A stretch of DNA of 19,056 nt from Candidatus Iainarchaeum sp. Its GTDB lineage: Archaea > Iainarchaeota > Iainarchaeia > Iainarchaeales > Iainarchaeaceae. Positions 16,014-19,056 of the stretch are shown piece by piece. Each line of letters opens with the position of its first letter. The stretch's first letter is position 1. Made by a program: the position numbers and the translations under genes. The stretch is from contig JAWANB010000014.1 of the NCBI GenBank assembly GCA_038895675.1, positions 1 to 19,056 of the forward strand, given 5' to 3'. The notes under the pieces were generated by a model. The model was not told the origin of the DNA and made no database searches. It saw only the letters and a program-made list of their open reading frames with translations.

Positions 16014-16511
16014 GAAATCTTAAAATTCAATTTTTCAATTTAAAAGCAAAAACAAAGAAATCAAAAATAGTAAAAGCAAAAAACTCAAGAATAAGATTCA
16101 AAACCAAAAACATGCAAAGACTTAGAAATAATATCTGCGAAACTTTCATTACCAATTAACCCAGCAGCAAAAACAACACTAAAAATTATTGCCAAGACAA
16201 GGCACCAACCCTTAAAGCAACATAATTCGAAACAACCAACAAAAAAACAGCAAGAAAAAAAGCAATTAACAAATACCTCAAAGTCAAACCAGACTTACCA
16301 GAAACATCACTAAACAAACCCATTCATACAACAAAATAAAAGAAACAATAAAAATTTTTGCAAAAGTTAATACAAATTAGACAAAACAAGAAAAACCAAT
16401 TTAATAGGATTAAAAACAAAATTGAAAACAAAAAAAACGATTTGAAAAAAATATTTCTACAAAGCAAAGCAAGGCAAAACAATTAATAACCAAAAAACTA
16501 AAATAATAATC

Positions 16512-17051
16512 ATGAAAGAAGAAAGCAAAATACAAACAAGTTATGAAGTATCATTCAAAATAGACGATTACGACTTCATATTCTCAGACTTTGACGCAAG
16601 ACACTATTCGCAAAGAAGCATATCTGACGATTTTTTAATAACAGCAAAAAAAGCAATAACAGGAAAAGAACACGAAAACATAGAAGTAAAATTTTTAATA
16701 AAAAAAGACAAAAGAAGCACAGCAATAGAAGAAATAATAAAAAAAAGACTACACGACCACTTCAAAAAACACGAAAAAACATTAGAAAAAGAATTAAACG
16801 AAATAAGAAACAAAGGAATAGCATTAACTATAATAGGCATTGGACTAATGATAACAGCAACACAACTAAGGTTTTTTGACTTAGACAAAATATTTTGGTA
16901 CTCAATATTAATAGCAATAATAGAACCAGCAGGATGGTTTGCCATGTGGTTTGGATTAGACCACTTTTTCTACTTAAACAAAGACAAAAAGAAAGAATAC
17001 GATTTTTACAAAAAAATGAGTAGCTCAAAAATACACTTTAGAGAATTTTAA
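16512..17051 (+). CDS. Hypothetical membrane protein (soluble N-terminal domain + 2 TM)
   Basis: 179-aa ORF: IDDYDFIFSDFD.R...R.ISDDF N-terminal region, then two TM helices with EPAGWFAMWFGLD. Confidence 0.8.
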   Translation: MKEESKIQTSYEVSFKIDDYDFIFSDFDARHYSQRSISDDFLITAKKAITGKEHENIEVKFLIKKDKRSTAIEEIIKKRLHDHFKKHEKTLEKELNEIRNKGIALTIIGIGLMITATQLRFFDLDKIFWYSILIAIIEPAGWFAMWFGLDHFFYLNKDKKKEYDFYKKMSSSKIHFREF

Positions 17052-17661
17052 GCCACGACAACTTTAGTGAAAATACTAACAACAAACACACTAAAGACAA
17101 CACCAACAAAAAAGTAAACAAAACTACAAGCATAAAAATTATGATAATCCAAGTTTTTACGTTAGTAGTTCCGAAAAACCTTTGAATAAAACCTTGATAA
17201 AGGTAAACAGAATAAATTGAAACAAAAGGACACAAAAGCCAACCAATAACAGGAATAGCCAACAACAATTTTTTGACAAAATTTACGCAAGAAAAAAGAT
17301 AAAGAGAACTTAAAACAAATTTTTCACGACTAACATAAGACTTACAAAAAAAATTGCCAACAAAATAATGTAATAAAGCCCAAACATAGTAAAATAAAAA
17401 CTCAATCACAAAAAACAAAAAAACCAAAACAACGATAACAAAAAGACCAAGCAAACCTTTTTTTAGCAAAGAAACAAAAGGCTCAGAAAAAGCCAAAAAA
17501 ATTAAATACACAATAAAAACCTCAAAAGAAAAAAGCAAAACACCTGGAAAAAAAGACTTTGCAAAAGGAATCAACGAAGACTTTAAGTCAAAGCTAAAAT
17601 GAGAAGAATCTATTTTTTTTCTACCTAAAAAAATGTTAAGGAAATCAAACCAAGACAACAT
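17038..17661 (-). CDS. Multi-pass membrane protein, possibly Yip1-like
   Basis: About 5 hydrophobic segments; WALLHYFVGNFF and IPVIGWLL..FVSIYSVYL resemble Yip1-domain proteins. ATG 17661 preferred as start. Confidence 0.6.
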   Translation of the reverse strand: MLSWFDFLNIFLGRKKIDSSHFSFDLKSSLIPFAKSFFPGVLLFSFEVFIVYLIFLAFSEPFVSLLKKGLLGLFVIVVLVFLFFVIEFLFYYVWALLHYFVGNFFCKSYVSREKFVLSSLYLFSCVNFVKKLLLAIPVIGWLLCPFVSIYSVYLYQGFIQRFFGTTNVKTWIIIIFMLVVLFTFLLVLSLVCLLLVFSLKLSWLKIL

Positions 17662-17712
17662 GAAATAATAACTGCGCAACCATTTATATAACTCTTTTCA
17701 TAATATTTGATA

Positions 17713-18054
17713 ATGCAAAAAATATTGAAAGTAAAAAAACCATGGGGAAAATTTGAACAATATACGTTAAACGAAAAAACAACAGTGAAAATAATAACAG
17801 TCAACAAAAACCAAAAATTATCTCTGCAAAAACACGAAAAAAGAAAAGAACTATGGGTAGCACTTGATGAAGGATTAATAGCAGAAATCAACGGCAAAAA
17901 AAAGAAACTAAAAACAGGGCAAATGGTAATAGTTCCAAAAAAAGCAAAGCACAGGATATCAGCCACAAAAACAGCAAGGTTTCTTGAAATATCTTTTGGA
18001 CACTTTGATGAAAACGACATAAAAAGATACGAGGATATTTATGGGAGAGTGTAA
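17713..18054 (+). CDS. Stand-alone cupin, similar to the C-terminal domain of type II mannose-6-phosphate isomerase
   Basis: KPWGKF, LSLQKHEKRKELW, VPKKAKHRI, FLEISFG, DENDIKRYEDIYGR; ATG at 17713. Confidence 0.88.
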   Translation: MQKILKVKKPWGKFEQYTLNEKTTVKIITVNKNQKLSLQKHEKRKELWVALDEGLIAEINGKKKKLKTGQMVIVPKKAKHRISATKTARFLEISFGHFDENDIKRYEDIYGRV

Positions 18055-18343
18055 ATAAAACAAAGGTAAAACAAGGTAGAAAAGTTAAAAGTATTAAAAA
18101 GCCAAAAAAATAACAACTAAAAAAAACACGCTAAAAAGTAAAAATGCCTGAAAAAGATTCTAAAGCCAAAAACAAAAACGCGATAAAAAGCAAATATTAG
18201 TTCTACAAAGTGTAAAAAAAATAAAAAATAAAAGTAGCTTAAAAAAATATTGAAAAAAACAACAATAGACTAAAAACAAAAGCGACTTTTGAAAAAGAAA
18301 AAATTAATAACTAAGCAAATAAGCACAAAACCACTAATAAAAT

Positions 18344-18535
18344 TCAAAGCATGCCTTTAGCGACTTTCTTCCCTTTGCGCAAGCATTTTACATGCCAATA
18401 CTTGCCAGCCCACTTTTTATCAGCACCTAAAGCTCCACAAAGAGAACATGGCTCATTATACTTTCCAGCCACATTAGAATCGTTAGAAACTTTTTCAACA
18501 TCTTTTCTACCAAACAACTTATCAAAAACACCCAA
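18344..18535 (-). CDS. Small zinc-finger protein (CxxC...HxxC)
   Basis: (M)GVFDKLFG N-terminus from TTG 18535 after a GGTG SD-like sequence (alternative ATG 18547); CSLC and WHVKC motifs. Confidence 0.7.
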   Translation of the reverse strand: MGVFDKLFGRKDVEKVSNDSNVAGKYNEPCSLCGALGADKKWAGKYWHVKCLRKGKKVAKGML

Positions 18536-18597
18536 AAAAAACACCATACAAAACAACAAATTAATATTATTTAATTATTTCTAAAGCGAATAAATTA

Positions 18598-19056
18598 ATG
18601 ATAGTAGGTTTTGTAGGCAAACCATCCTCTGGAAAAAGCACTTTGTTTAATGCAGCAACAATGCTTGATGTTCCAATGGCATCATATCCTTTCACTACCA
18701 TAGAAGCAAACAAAGGAATAGGCTTTGTAAGAGTAGAATGCGCAGACAAATACTTTAACACACAATGCAATCCAAGAAGTGGGTTTTGTTATAATCACAC
18801 GCGATTTGTTCCAATAGAAATAATAGACGTTGCTGGTTTAGTGCCAGGAGCTCATGAAGGAAAAGGAATGGGAAACCAATTTTTATCAGACTTATCAAAA
18901 GCAAGTATATTAGTTCATGTTATAGATACTAGCGGAAGCACGAACGAAAAAGGAGAACAAATACAATTAGGAAGTTATGACCCGACAAAAGACATAATTT
19001 TTTTAGAAGAAGAAATAACTCTTTGGTTTCTAAGCGTTATAGAAAAAAATTGGACA
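18598..19056 (+). CDS. ychF: YchF/Obg-family translation-associated ATPase/GTPase (archaeal type), runs off the window end
   Basis: Translated by hand: MIVGFVGKPSSGKSTLFNAAT (P-loop), YPFTTIEAN, RFVPIEIIDVAGLVPGAHEGKGMGNQFL, VHVIDTSGSTNEKG. Absent from the ORF track. Confidence 0.93.
   Translation, partial: MIVGFVGKPSSGKSTLFNAATMLDVPMASYPFTTIEANKGIGFVRVECADKYFNTQCNPRSGFCYNHTRFVPIEIIDVAGLVPGAHEGKGMGNQFLSDLSKASILVHVIDTSGSTNEKGEQIQLGSYDPTKDIIFLEEEITLWFLSVIEKNWT

Noticed and set aside
18567..18770. 67-aa minus-strand ORF
   Set aside because: Antisense to the clearly identifiable ychF gene.

Overview
AT-rich, gene-dense archaeal chromosomal segment. GatD, Dph6, an archaeal ATP-dependent ligase, a BHB-type tRNA intron and TATA promoters all point to Archaea; the compact layout suggests a DPANN-like lineage (inference). 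It encodes a VWA/PKD surface protein, DNA ligase, a CARDB-like protein, a tandem Lrp/AsnC regulator, a wHTH regulator, class I FBPase, an asparaginase-like paralog followed by gatD and dph6, a DUF2090 class I aldolase-like protein, a rhomboid protease, a SAM methyltransferase, a ZIP transporter operon with a divergent NikR-like regulator, a cupin, a small Zn-finger protein and a partial YchF/Obg ATPase. RNA genes are tRNA-Pro(UGG) with a 29-nt intron, tRNA-Ile(GAU) and, as the standout, a circularly permuted tRNA-Gln(UUG) at 14281-14355: the 3' half precedes the 5' half, with a 2-nt linker, and its flanks form a complete bulge-helix-bulge splice motif at 37/38. Other leads are a candidate ~50-nt sRNA with an anti-Shine-Dalgarno loop (7548-7599, minus), a His2Cys2 NikR variant, and an asparaginase paralog lacking a catalytic Thr.
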